Positions 48,729-57,943 of a DNA stretch of 64,000 nt are shown here, in pieces. The stretch's first letter is position 1; the number at the start of each line of letters is the position of its first letter. Location of the stretch: IMG/VR virus record IMGVR_UViG_3300002855_000209, positions 851-64,850 of that record. The stretch is one strand, 5' to 3'. The translations under genes were made by a program, and so were the position numbers. Origin of the DNA: a virus. A model generated the notes under the pieces. It was given only the letters and a program-made list of their open reading frames with translations, ran no database searches and was not told the DNA's origin.

Positions 48729-50030
48729 TTAAGCCATACCCCGAATCCGTCTGACCTGAACAATCCGTTTAATAATCGGGAACCGTTTCGCTAATGGATA
48801 ACCACCTGCATCACCTACGTGGTCGAGTCCTGATTTCTTGTCAGGCATTCCAAAGTCATCATAAATCTGCTGTTCCAATGTCTCGGTAAACCGTGGGCAC
48901 TTATAAGTATTAACCTTTAACGTCCGTTCTCCATCACCATTCAGGATCAAAGCATTCACGGCATTTAAACGGTCTTTAATGGTCGGGTTAGTGTTATTTA
49001 CCTCTACCCGTAAACCATGCTGCCTTAAGATGGCATGATCCGATTCACTGCTATTTTTTGATGAAGTAGATTGTCCGGCAGCATCAGGAATAATCGTAAT
49101 TTCATGACCAGGGAAACGTTCAATAATCAGTTTGGCCATAGTTGGCGTATCACGAACTCCTACCAGCTCATCCAGCGCCAGAGGTTTACCGTCACGAATC
49201 ACATATACCACGGCGGCCATTTTCAGAACGTTAAAGTCCATACCGATAATTAACGGCTCATTCGGCTTAATCTCTTCATCGGTATGGTTGAGCCTACGGT
49301 CAAAGTCAGGATAAACAGCACCACTGGTTAAGTTAACGAACTGCCCACGTAAATATGCCTCAATGAGCTGAGGTGGATAGGATTCCCGTAAAGATGCAAT
49401 ATAGTCATCTGGTAGATTGGCCTCATTGTCATAGGTTGAAGCCTGAATCATTCCATAGAGCTTTCGCTTGGCCTCTGATTTATTCGCCTCTTTAACGAAT
49501 TGCTCGTACGTAAATTTAAAACCTTCCGGTGTAGTCGCTACATCAATACCATTCAGCAAACCTCCCTGTTTAAAGCGCATACGTGCGATGATCTTACGCC
49601 ACGCTTGCTGAGCCTTGTGGGTAGCCATAACATCGAGCTCATCAATCAGTGCATGACCAATCTTGAAACCGACAATTGTTGCCGGCTTCTCCATAGACCG
49701 GCAGATAATCGTGCTTCGATACTGACGACCGTAATAAAGATCGACCTCTTTATTCGATTCATAGATTTTGGTCTTTAAACCCCAGTCAAAAGCAACCTCA
49801 TCGACTGTTGGATAAAAGATATCCCGAATCTGAGGATATGTCGGTGCAAAGTAGCCCAGCCTAACTTTGGGGAATTCCCAAGCCTTATGGCATAAAGAAC
49901 CACAACCTACCCAAGTTTTTCCTCCACCAAATCCAGATATAAATGCCCTGAATTTGTTTTCCATTTGAAGAAATCTAGCCTGAGGCACATTCAGTGTCGG
50001 ATTGATATTCGGCATCTTTTTTACTCGCAT
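48729..50030 (-). CDS. terL: Terminase large subunit
   Basis: GFGGGKT Walker A; LIDE Walker B; TTPEG; IGMDFN and DH..DA nuclease motifs. Confidence 0.92.
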   Translation of the reverse strand: MRVKKMPNINPTLNVPQARFLQMENKFRAFISGFGGGKTWVGCGSLCHKAWEFPKVRLGYFAPTYPQIRDIFYPTVDEVAFDWGLKTKIYESNKEVDLYYGRQYRSTIICRSMEKPATIVGFKIGHALIDELDVMATHKAQQAWRKIIARMRFKQGGLLNGIDVATTPEGFKFTYEQFVKEANKSEAKRKLYGMIQASTYDNEANLPDDYIASLRESYPPQLIEAYLRGQFVNLTSGAVYPDFDRRLNHTDEEIKPNEPLIIGMDFNVLKMAAVVYVIRDGKPLALDELVGVRDTPTMAKLIIERFPGHEITIIPDAAGQSTSSKNSSESDHAILRQHGLRVEVNNTNPTIKDRLNAVNALILNGDGERTLKVNTYKCPRFTETLEQQIYDDFGMPDKKSGLDHVGDAGGYPLAKRFPIIKRIVQVRRIRGMA

Positions 50031-50496
50031 CTACAACTTGAATGGTTACCTTGACCGGTGTTGGATCATCTGCACCCTCACCATCGCCTGTCCTGATCTT
50101 TTCAATCTCAAGTTGTTTTAACTCAATATTCAGCAGTGTTAAGTCATGGCCCTGCATTTCTTCCCGAACCTGTTTAATCACACCTTGCTTCATTAGCCGG
50201 TTGTTCTTCCAGCCTTCATAAATTTTCTGAAGTTCTTTAATGCGATAGGCTTTATTAGCAAGTGGAATGTCATAAACATTTTTTTGAAAATCTGCTCTGG
50301 TTTTATTAAACAAAGTCACCAGTTTCTTACTTAGGTTTTTTCCCGTTGCTTTTGTTGGGTCATATAAAGCGACCTGCTGACGTTCAATTTCAATGTTAAA
50401 TTCTTGCTTTACAGCATCTGCCACCTGTTGAGGGGTTTCAAAGCAGGCAAGAGACTGAACTATAAAGATTTTTACAGGCTCTCTTAGTGTTGCCAT
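49975..50496 (-). CDS. terS: Terminase small subunit (DUF2280-like)
   Basis: KIFIVQSLACFETPQQVADAVKQEF, YDPTK; immediately upstream of terL. Confidence 0.8.
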   Translation of the reverse strand: MATLREPVKIFIVQSLACFETPQQVADAVKQEFNIEIERQQVALYDPTKATGKNLSKKLVTLFNKTRADFQKNVYDIPLANKAYRIKELQKIYEGWKNNRLMKQGVIKQVREEMQGHDLTLLNIELKQLEIEKIRTGDGEGADDPTPVKVTIQVVDASKKDAEYQSDTECASG

Positions 50497-50555
50497 ACTT
50501 GCCCCTTCGTAAAGCTACGTAAAGCAAAACAGGCAAAAAAAAGAGCCTTTTGGGC

Positions 50556-51203
50556 TCAATTGATTACGCAGTTTCCGCAGCATTTGGAAATATCTAGATT
50601 TGAAACAAACGGCGGATTCTTCGCAACCTCAACAAGACGTTTTACGCTCTTACTTGCTCCCCACCGTTTGGTTACACCAATAAATTCTTCAACATCATGA
50701 CCAGCTAAATAATGCTTAGGTAATCCAGTTGAGCTGCTAAAGATCATCTCACCGTCTTCATCACGTTCTACGCCTATATGATAAAGCTCATGCTCAAGCA
50801 AAGCGCAGAATTCACTATCGTTGGCTTTATCGCTAAAGGAAGCATCGATCGTAATCAGGTAAGTTGGTACAAATCCGAACCAGTCCCGCATCTGTTGTTC
50901 TTGTCTAGCTTTACGCCAGCCACCGACATTAAACATTACTTTCTCACACTGACCAAGAACCATGGCCTGTTTGCTTTTAAATGCTGACGAAGCCCACGCA
51001 AAAGCTAAGAATTCTTCATTATCATGAAGCAGCTCAGCAATATGGTCATGATCTGGATTGTGAAGTAGTCCACCAAGCGTTAGAAAGTTTGCTATAACCC
51101 ATTCCTTTAATTCTGGTGCAGGTTTTAAACGAATTGCTTCATCTTCTTCGGCTTTATCAATCAAGTCCTGTGGAGGAAATGGTCTGATCTGTTCCATTTT
51201 CAA
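50556..51203 (-). CDS. Phage putative metallopeptidase
   Basis: LLEHELYHIG HExxH motif; HDVEEF. Confidence 0.8.
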   Translation of the reverse strand: MKMEQIRPFPPQDLIDKAEEDEAIRLKPAPELKEWVIANFLTLGGLLHNPDHDHIAELLHDNEEFLAFAWASSAFKSKQAMVLGQCEKVMFNVGGWRKARQEQQMRDWFGFVPTYLITIDASFSDKANDSEFCALLEHELYHIGVERDEDGEMIFSSSTGLPKHYLAGHDVEEFIGVTKRWGASKSVKRLVEVAKNPPFVSNLDISKCCGNCVIN

Positions 51204-51594
51204 TTCTCGCTAATTCGCTTCTTATCCAGTTGATTGCATAACCTGATTCAATTTGATGAGGTTCAAGACGCTCAAATTTATAACCCTTATCTAAAGCTAG
51301 GTCATATTTTCCTAATGCATTAGCAATCTTTCTTCCGCCACGACCAACTGCCCAAGGACTTCCAGCAATTTCGATAAGAATATTCAACTTCACAATATAA
51401 AAATCGAACCGCCAATTTTTGGTTGAATCAAATTGAAATTTCCGTCGATAACCAATTAGATGCTCTTCTAGTTCTTGAAATAATGTTTCTTCAGCCTCTA
51501 AGTACTTCTGTGTTGCTTTAGGAAGTGGTCTACTCTTGGGTTTGGTTTTAGGTTCTTTTTTTCTTGTAAGCCAAAAATAATTTTTATCGTCCAT
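51157..51594 (-). CDS. PD-(D/E)XK/DUF559-like endonuclease-domain protein
   Basis: WRFDFYI...ILIEIAG. Confidence 0.6.
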   Translation of the reverse strand: MDDKNYFWLTRKKEPKTKPKSRPLPKATQKYLEAEETLFQELEEHLIGYRRKFQFDSTKNWRFDFYIVKLNILIEIAGSPWAVGRGGRKIANALGKYDLALDKGYKFERLEPHQIESGYAINWIRSELARIENGTDQTISSTGLD

Positions 51595-51631
51595 ATTTCA
51601 CCCATAAAAAAACCCACCGAAGTGGGCTTTT

Positions 51632-51847
51632 TTATTCATCAATTTGATCATGAAGTTTTTTGATGAACTCTAGCAATCTTTCTCTATTCTGATCATTGAT
51701 TGCAACCAAACCGCTACTAGCTGCGTTATTTAAAACAGCTACAGTTATTGCTGCTTTAGCCTTAATAATTTCGCTTTCAATAATTGTTTCAGTTTCAATC
51801 TTATTCATTACCATTAATTGGTTTCTCATTTTATAAAGTGAAAACAA
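51632..51847 (-). CDS. Small hypothetical protein
   Basis: Co-oriented ORF followed by terminator-like hairpin. Confidence 0.45.
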   Translation of the reverse strand: MFSLYKMRNQLMVMNKIETETIIESEIIKAKAAITVAVLNNAASSGLVAINDQNRERLLEFIKKLHDQIDE

Positions 51848-51901
51848 TTAATAGTATGTAAATAAAAATTAATCAAGCATATACTTAAAACTTTCAGTTG
51901 A

Positions 51902-52141
51902 TCATAATATCTGTGGAGCAAACGCAAGTAAATCTTTATAAAGCTTCTCTTCCGCTGCTCCACTTAATTTTTTATTACAATAGATGTAATAAAACGCATC
52001 CGGATATTCAAATCGATGAAGGTAATGTTTTCCATTAGTTGTATCTATCTCTGGAGCTGCATTACAAGGCAATGAAACTTCGAATTTATACTCTTCATAT
52101 TGTGGTTGGTATGTGGCAATAAAATAGTGTGAAGCTCTCAT
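51902..52141 (-). CDS. Small hypothetical protein
   Basis: 79-aa co-oriented ORF. Confidence 0.5.
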   Translation of the reverse strand: MRASHYFIATYQPQYEEYKFEVSLPCNAAPEIDTTNGKHYLHRFEYPDAFYYIYCNKKLSGAAEEKLYKDLLAFAPQIL

Positions 52142-52250
52142 TTTTTTATACTCAAGTTCTAGAACATTGAATATATCAAAATAAATCCTGATCTTTAAGA
52201 GTTAACAATCTCCCTCTTAAGAAAACAAAAGCCTCACCAATAATAGAGAT

Positions 52251-52478
52251 TTAGGCAATTTGGTCTAAACATGTTCCAATTTGCATTTCATTAAGTAATG
52301 CCAAATCCTTAATACTCATTTCTTCAATATTTTTATCAAAGTGTTTCTCAATATATGACAATCGCTCAGGATCTAAATCCAGATTACGGCTAAGATCTTT
52401 TATGAGATTATTGGTGTTAATAAGATGCTCTTTTACTATTTCTTCTTGTGTCATTGAAGTTGTCATTGGTATCTCCAA
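52251..52478 (-). CDS. Small hypothetical protein
   Basis: 75-aa co-oriented ORF with GGAG RBS. Confidence 0.5.
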   Translation of the reverse strand: MEIPMTTSMTQEEIVKEHLINTNNLIKDLSRNLDLDPERLSYIEKHFDKNIEEMSIKDLALLNEMQIGTCLDQIA

Positions 52479-52511
52479 ATTATTAGATACAAATATATAT
52501 CAAAAAAATGT

Positions 52512-52540
52512 AAAAAGCCCATCTTTCGATGAGCTCTTTT
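52512..52540 (-). terminator. Terminator after tandem peptide genes
   Basis: Imperfect hairpin GAGCTCATC-GAAA-GATGGGCTTTTT on minus strand. Confidence 0.55.
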
Positions 52541-52545
52541 AAAGA

Positions 52546-52650
52546 TTATCTTGGTTTCTTGATTAATTTTTCTGGCATTGAATCGCCAACAATCTTAATG
52601 GGTGGTGTTGGAGCTGGTGGCGGTACTGGCTTAGATGCACTTATACCCAT
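52546..52650 (-). CDS. 34-aa Pro-rich peptide 2
   Basis: MGISASKPVPPPAPTPPIKIVGDSMPEKLIKKPR; GGAG RBS; 1 nt after peptide 1 stop. Confidence 0.6.
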   Translation of the reverse strand: MGISASKPVPPPAPTPPIKIVGDSMPEKLIKKPR

Positions 52651-52651
52651 A

Positions 52652-52753
52652 TTATTTATGCTCCAGTTTACTTTTATCACTTCTTTCTTCAATAACTATT
52701 GGTGGTCTATCAACCTCTGGAGGAACAGGCTTATTAAATCGAATCTTTTCCAT
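52652..52753 (-). CDS. 33-aa Pro-rich peptide 1
   Basis: MEKIRFNKPVPPEVDRPPIVIEERSDKSKLEHK; 5 nt after stop of TM gene. Confidence 0.6.
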   Translation of the reverse strand: MEKIRFNKPVPPEVDRPPIVIEERSDKSKLEHK

Positions 52754-52758
52754 ATAAC

Positions 52759-53283
52759 TTAAATGATCAAAATATCAACTATAATCAATAATACAGTTAA
52801 CACAAACATTAATCCACAGAATTTTATCTCCATAAAAGCCTTATTCAAATAATTAACTTTTATAGTATTTCTATCTTCATATGTTTTAATAACCTCAGCC
52901 ATATCGATGGAAAGATAATAATAGATAGTTGGTAGCTCATTCTGTGTAAAGTAATTTACCATATCCTTATTATTTTCTAGTTTCCCCACCTTACTAACTT
53001 CTAGAACATGAAATAAATTTCTAGCTATACTGGATAATGACAAAAAAACAAAAATCATCAAAACGACAATTAAGTAAAATATAAAAGATTTTTTTTCAAC
53101 ATCAAACAAATACTGTTTTGAAAATATACTCATAGCCGCAATAATTATTGATGTAAATGTTAGATATTTAGCAGCTTTATCTTCATGTTTTGCATGTAAT
53201 GCCTTTACACTTTCAAGCCCTTTCAATTGAAACTCATAAAGTGTTTTATAAACTTCTTTATCAAATTGATCTTCGGCAGTCAT
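52759..53283 (-). CDS. 3-TM membrane protein (Pycsar-effector-like topology)
   Basis: N-terminal helix, TM hairpin, soluble loop, C-terminal TM; likely ATG at 53283 with GGAG RBS. Confidence 0.65.
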   Translation of the reverse strand: MTAEDQFDKEVYKTLYEFQLKGLESVKALHAKHEDKAAKYLTFTSIIIAAMSIFSKQYLFDVEKKSFIFYLIVVLMIFVFLSLSSIARNLFHVLEVSKVGKLENNKDMVNYFTQNELPTIYYYLSIDMAEVIKTYEDRNTIKVNYLNKAFMEIKFCGLMFVLTVLLIIVDILII

Positions 53284-53297
53284 TAAAAACTCCAAAT

Positions 53298-53320
53298 AAA
53301 AACCCCGCATTGCGAGGTTT
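53298..53320 (-). terminator. tR'-like terminator
   Basis: AAACCTCGC-AAT-GCGGGGTTTTT about 30 nt downstream of the late promoter. Confidence 0.65.
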
Positions 53321-53347
53321 ATCCAATGGTTTACTTACACTTCGACC

Positions 53348-53387
53348 ACTATAACGCAAAAATAGCATTTACCCTGTACAGGGTCAA
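53348..53387 (-). promoter_or_regulatory. Late promoter pR'-like with palindromic Q-binding candidate and -10-like pause element
   Basis: TTGACC-17 nt-TATTTT; palindrome ACCCTGTACAGGGT (53371-53384) in spacer; TATAGT near +1. Confidence 0.6.
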
Positions 53388-53416
53388 GTTCTGAAGCCCT
53401 AAACGATTCAATTATC

Positions 53417-54325
53417 TCAAACACCTAAGATTTTTTTAACTACAAGAGCATCATCTAAATATCCAACAATATAATGTGGTTGGAAATATTGTGTTTTTGC
53501 CCTTAAATTCTGAATTTCTGGTTTAACATTATAGGGAGGATTCGTTAACAAATAAGCCGAAACAAAGTCATCCGTGTCATAAAAGTTAAACCAATCTCCT
53601 TTTAATGAAGAGGGTTTAGTACGATCTTTGAAATAATCATAAAATACAGGGATGCCCAAAGGAGAGCCTAAAGTTACTAACCGAGAAATCTTATAAGAGG
53701 AATTTAAATGCTGTAGAGCATCTAGACAAACAGCACTACCAAGAGAATGCCCAACCAATACAATTTCTTTCTTAGAATCCTCTTTTATCTTACTTAATAA
53801 TCTTTCCCTCACTTTGGATCTATATTGCTCATTCTCAAGAAATAGATTTGCCTCTTTAGCAAATATCTTAAGCACCCATGTATGAAGCTTTTGAAATCTA
53901 CTCGTAATTTTAATTAATGCCTTCGCACCTTTATCTATAAAAGAATATGGAGTTAAAGTACTTTTTAAATTAACAGGAATTCCTTCAATCGGTAATGTTC
54001 CCATCTGATCAGTAGTATCTCCCTCCATCGAATCAGCAATATTGATTAAAATATCCTGCTCATCTAATGACAAATCATTAAAGTTTTTTTCAAAAGCATG
54101 AAATCCACTGGTCTGTAAATCAAACAAGACTTTATTAGAAGTTGGTGTATTTAAATAATCCTTTACTAGATCTCCATAATAAATAAACTCAAATTCTGTT
54201 GTCGCTGGAACATTCGGTATATGTGCCTGAAATACTCCCTCTAAGAAGGCCTCTATCCATATTTTTTTCAATGTTTCAGGATCCTTATCAGTCTGGTTGA
54301 TCCCGTGTACCATTATTATTTTCAT
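53417..54325 (-). CDS. Alpha/beta hydrolase (lipase-like)
   Basis: IMVHGI; GHSLG nucleophile elbow; VTLGSPL; N.YD.DD.V; C-terminal His. Confidence 0.8.
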   Translation of the reverse strand: MKIIMVHGINQTDKDPETLKKIWIEAFLEGVFQAHIPNVPATTEFEFIYYGDLVKDYLNTPTSNKVLFDLQTSGFHAFEKNFNDLSLDEQDILINIADSMEGDTTDQMGTLPIEGIPVNLKSTLTPYSFIDKGAKALIKITSRFQKLHTWVLKIFAKEANLFLENEQYRSKVRERLLSKIKEDSKKEIVLVGHSLGSAVCLDALQHLNSSYKISRLVTLGSPLGIPVFYDYFKDRTKPSSLKGDWFNFYDTDDFVSAYLLTNPPYNVKPEIQNLRAKTQYFQPHYIVGYLDDALVVKKILGV

Positions 54326-54439
54326 GACTTTATCCTTTTAATTATATTGAAATTTTATTATATTCTTTTAAATATTAAGTGCAAACATAAGCCAGTTCAA
54401 AGCATAATATTTATATTGAACTCATCTAAAATATTTTGC

Positions 54440-54850
54440 ATGAAATCTCTAGAAGTCGTTGCCGCAGTCATCCAACACCAGGATAAAATCTTATGTGCCC
54501 TTAAAGGTGAGCATAAGTATCCCTATCTATCGAATAAGTATGAATTCCCGGGCGGCAAAGTCGAAGCTGAAGAAACACTCGAGCAAGCGCTCATTCGAGA
54601 AATTAAAGAAGAGCTCAATCTTGATATTGAAGTAACAGAGTATCTATTAACTGTAGAGCACGCCTACCCCAACTTTAATATCGAGCTGGCCACTTTTATG
54701 TGCGTGACTAAGACTATCGAAGAATTGGCTTTAAGTGAGCACCAGGATGTACAATGGTGCACAATCGATGAATTAGATCAGCTCGACTGGGCTGCTGCTG
54801 ATATCCCCATCGTGAAATACTTACTTGATAATAAGACTGCAGCATGTTGA
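54440..54850 (+). CDS. NUDIX hydrolase (MutT/NudG-like dNTP pyrophosphohydrolase)
   Basis: EFPGGKVEAEETLEQALIREIKEEL Nudix box; VEHAYP; LDWAAADIP; ATG at 54440. Confidence 0.9.
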   Translation: MKSLEVVAAVIQHQDKILCALKGEHKYPYLSNKYEFPGGKVEAEETLEQALIREIKEELNLDIEVTEYLLTVEHAYPNFNIELATFMCVTKTIEELALSEHQDVQWCTIDELDQLDWAAADIPIVKYLLDNKTAAC

Positions 54851-55677
54851 AAGATTTTAGACAATTAAAACCAGGTACCATTTTAGATAATGATGGATTA
54901 CGTGATTACTTCCTTTGCTCACCTCAGGGCGGAATGCGTCGGTCTCACAAGACCAACACCCTCATCATCGTTTCAAACCATGTAGAGTCCGTCTATGAAG
55001 ATCGATGGATTGGCGATGAGCTACACTACACCGGCATGGGCCAGCTCGGTGACCAGGGATTAACAAGTCAAAATAGAACATTAGCTGAAAGTCATACTAA
55101 CGGCGTTTCAGTTCATCTTTTTGAAGTATTTGTCGATAAAGAATATATCTATCAAGGTCCAGTTACTCTCGTAGCAGATCCATATCAAAAAATTCAACCT
55201 GATGCTAATAAACAAGATCGGTTAGTCTGGATATTCCCCGTTAAATTATCTGATTCCAATACGGCGATTAGTGTAGAGACCATAGAGCGCACTAGTCAGA
55301 AAAAGCAGCGTAAGTATAAGAAGAAATCGATTGAGCAGTTGATGGCAGATGCTCATGCTACAGCACAAACGCAAGTCAGCTACCGTAATACCAAAACAAA
55401 ATACTTTATTCGTTCCGATGCTATTGCCCAGCTTGCTAAGCGTTTAGCTAATGGCATTTGTCAGCTCTGTGAACAGCCTGCCCCTTTTAAAGACAAAAGT
55501 GGTGAGCCTTACCTGGAAACTCACCATATTGAATGGTTGGCACATGGTGGACCAGATACCGCTGAAAATACGGTAGCACTTTGCCCGAATTGCCATAAGA
55601 AAATGCATGTTGTGAATGCTGAGGCAGATCGGAAAAAGCTTTTATTAAATACAAGAAATTTACAAACACATTCTTAA
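54844..55677 (+). CDS. SRA-like domain + HNH endonuclease (McrA-like, modification-dependent)
   Basis: QGGMR, YEDRW, HYTGMGQLGDQ, QNRTL SRA-like motifs; CQLC...LETHHIEWL..GG.D...N.VALCPNCH HNH. Confidence 0.8.
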   Translation: MLKDFRQLKPGTILDNDGLRDYFLCSPQGGMRRSHKTNTLIIVSNHVESVYEDRWIGDELHYTGMGQLGDQGLTSQNRTLAESHTNGVSVHLFEVFVDKEYIYQGPVTLVADPYQKIQPDANKQDRLVWIFPVKLSDSNTAISVETIERTSQKKQRKYKKKSIEQLMADAHATAQTQVSYRNTKTKYFIRSDAIAQLAKRLANGICQLCEQPAPFKDKSGEPYLETHHIEWLAHGGPDTAENTVALCPNCHKKMHVVNAEADRKKLLLNTRNLQTHS

Positions 55678-55714
55678 AACATACTCATTTCATAGAAAAT
55701 TTAATGGATAAATA

Positions 55715-56395
55715 ATGGAACAGTTTTTAAAACGTATATCTTTTTTTCTTATCTACTTACCCGCATTAGTATATGCCTGTCAATTTGCCTATTATGCAGG
55801 ATTAGGCGAGCCTTTAAATATTCACGTTACTTCTTTGGGTTTAAATTACCCAGAAGTAGTGTTAATGGGATATTTATATATTTCTCTACCAGTTCTTGAA
55901 TCTATTTTTTGGTTGGCAATATCAATAACTTTCATCTTATGCCTTGTGTTTGTGACTTTCAGTATTCGCTGGTTACAAAAGCATAAAGGTACTGAAATAG
56001 AATATCGTGAATATATTGAAAAAAGTTTCAGAAGAGTAAGAATCTGTTTATATAAACAAAAAAAGGATTTAATAAAAGCAATTAATTCTTTCATTGGAGT
56101 TTTAGGCTTATATTTTGTCATATTTGTTTTTACTTTTTTATTAATTTTATTTTACTACAAATTAGGGACAAAAGAGATTGAAAATAAAGTTCAAGATATT
56201 TTAAATTCACAGACTTGTAATACTTCAGATGGATATATAACTTCCAACAATATAAAAGTACGAGTCAAAACTATTTTATGCGGTTACAACAAATGCTATG
56301 GAATTTCTTTAGATAATAAAGAAGCTATAATTTATCCACCAGAACAATCTGCACAACCGATTGATGAATCAAAGTTTAAAAATAAAGTACCATAA
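55715..56395 (+). CDS. Multi-TM membrane protein
   Basis: About 4 hydrophobic segments and a small C-terminal Cys-containing domain. Confidence 0.6.
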   Translation: MEQFLKRISFFLIYLPALVYACQFAYYAGLGEPLNIHVTSLGLNYPEVVLMGYLYISLPVLESIFWLAISITFILCLVFVTFSIRWLQKHKGTEIEYREYIEKSFRRVRICLYKQKKDLIKAINSFIGVLGLYFVIFVFTFLLILFYYKLGTKEIENKVQDILNSQTCNTSDGYITSNNIKVRVKTILCGYNKCYGISLDNKEAIIYPPEQSAQPIDESKFKNKVP

Positions 56396-56432
56396 GGTAC
56401 TTTATTTTATCTATATAGTCCTTATTTTTAAA

Positions 56433-57224
56433 CTAAATATCAGTTAATATTCCTTGTAAGCCAGCACTTATCAAAATACCATATACAATAATTACCAGAA
56501 TAAAAATTACTATACCAGGAGTATTAATCTTATTATCAGCAAAAATATTCAAACTATATATACTTGAGAAAACATATGCACCAATTAAACTGCAATTAAA
56601 AATCATTATTAACCCCATTTGTATTGTAGCTGAAATGCTTAAATATATAACTTCATGTTGCTTGCATAAAAAATATGCATAGTAACTACACAAAAATATG
56701 AGTAATACTCCGCTAAAAAACAGCATATAGTTTTTTAGTTTTTTATCGTATATATACAAAATTAAGAAAACTACTAACAAATAACCCGAAAATAGGCTAT
56801 AATCGAAAAATTCCACATATTTATATTTTTTTAAAATAATTTTAGCAAAAATAATTGTCGTAATATATAATGCCAATAAAGTTGATTGACTTAAAATAAA
56901 AGAAAACACTTCTCTTTTTAAATCAAAACGCTTTTTTTCATCATGTATCTTATTGATATTTAATCTAGATACATCATCTTGAAGACTGATTAATTCTTCA
57001 GAATTTATTTCATAAATATTTCCATCTTTTTTCCAGAGTCTTTCATCAAATTTTTTTAAAATATCGCTTGAATTACTTTGACTTATATCTATACATGTCA
57101 CAAGTCTAGCTCTTAACTCACTAGCTTTACTTTTATGACAACATTTTCCATCTAATAAAGACACCTCATACAACCAAGTTTTTATGGCATTCTTTTCATT
57201 GTTCTGGTTGAATTGTTCTTGCAT
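56433..57224 (-). CDS. Multi-TM membrane protein with soluble N-terminus
   Basis: About 5 C-terminal TM segments; AT-rich. Confidence 0.6.
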   Translation of the reverse strand: MQEQFNQNNEKNAIKTWLYEVSLLDGKCCHKSKASELRARLVTCIDISQSNSSDILKKFDERLWKKDGNIYEINSEELISLQDDVSRLNINKIHDEKKRFDLKREVFSFILSQSTLLALYITTIIFAKIILKKYKYVEFFDYSLFSGYLLVVFLILYIYDKKLKNYMLFFSGVLLIFLCSYYAYFLCKQHEVIYLSISATIQMGLIMIFNCSLIGAYVFSSIYSLNIFADNKINTPGIVIFILVIIVYGILISAGLQGILTDI

Positions 57225-57424
57225 GTCTAAATTCTCTAATTTATAAGTAAAAAATAAACAAAATATTATACATTAAAATATATTGTTTTAAAAATCAGAC
57301 ATGTAATCGCTATTAAAAATTTAATAAAACCACCTAAAGGTGGCTTACTATTTAATTGGTGTATTAAACTAGTCTGGATTAGTTTCTAACCTCCCCCATT
57401 TGAAAAAATACCAACAGCATGTTA

Positions 57425-57943
57425 CTAATACCCAATAAACCCATATCGACAATGCAACACCGCTAACCCACACTTAACATCGCTACGTGCATCTGATTGC
57501 GAGCGATCTTCTCTCACCATTTCAGACCATGACTGCCCGCGAAAGTAACGGTCAATAATCGCCCCCATCCATTCATCCATGACTTCACTCTGCCCCATTA
57601 AATCTAAAACTAAGCGCTGTACTGCACGTGCTTCATTGTCATCAATCTGGCACTGGGTTTTAGATTTGGTTTTACGAAACGGATCTGATTCGCTCACGAA
57701 GTAATTGGCAATAATTTCCCGTTGTTTCTTCTTACCTAACCGCTTTAAACGGCGCTGCTTTTCAGCCTGAACCATTGCTGAGGCAATCGGATTACTGTAA
57801 GCACCTGAAGGAATGCCCGTAAAACTCTTTTGATCTAACCATGCACCGAACTGATATAACCAGCCCTCTAGATCGAATCGTGTCCACTCCACTGAGTGCA
57901 TAACATGCTTCTTATCGATCATTAGTGTCATTCGTTCCCCCAA
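57425..57943 (-). CDS. Late antitermination protein Q
   Basis: LEGWLYQFGAW, IDDNEARAVQRL, VKCGLAVL; last early gene; cognate pR'-like element present. Confidence 0.7.
   Translation of the reverse strand: MGERMTLMIDKKHVMHSVEWTRFDLEGWLYQFGAWLDQKSFTGIPSGAYSNPIASAMVQAEKQRRLKRLGKKKQREIIANYFVSESDPFRKTKSKTQCQIDDNEARAVQRLVLDLMGQSEVMDEWMGAIIDRYFRGQSWSEMVREDRSQSDARSDVKCGLAVLHCRYGFIGY

Noticed and set aside
50505-50530. GTAAAGC direct repeat upstream of terS as a pac/cos signal
   Set aside because: Too short and unsupported to call a packaging site.
52529-52762. 77-aa plus-strand ORF in the track
   Set aside because: Antisense shadow of two coupled minus-strand peptide ORFs that share a motif and have an RBS and terminator.
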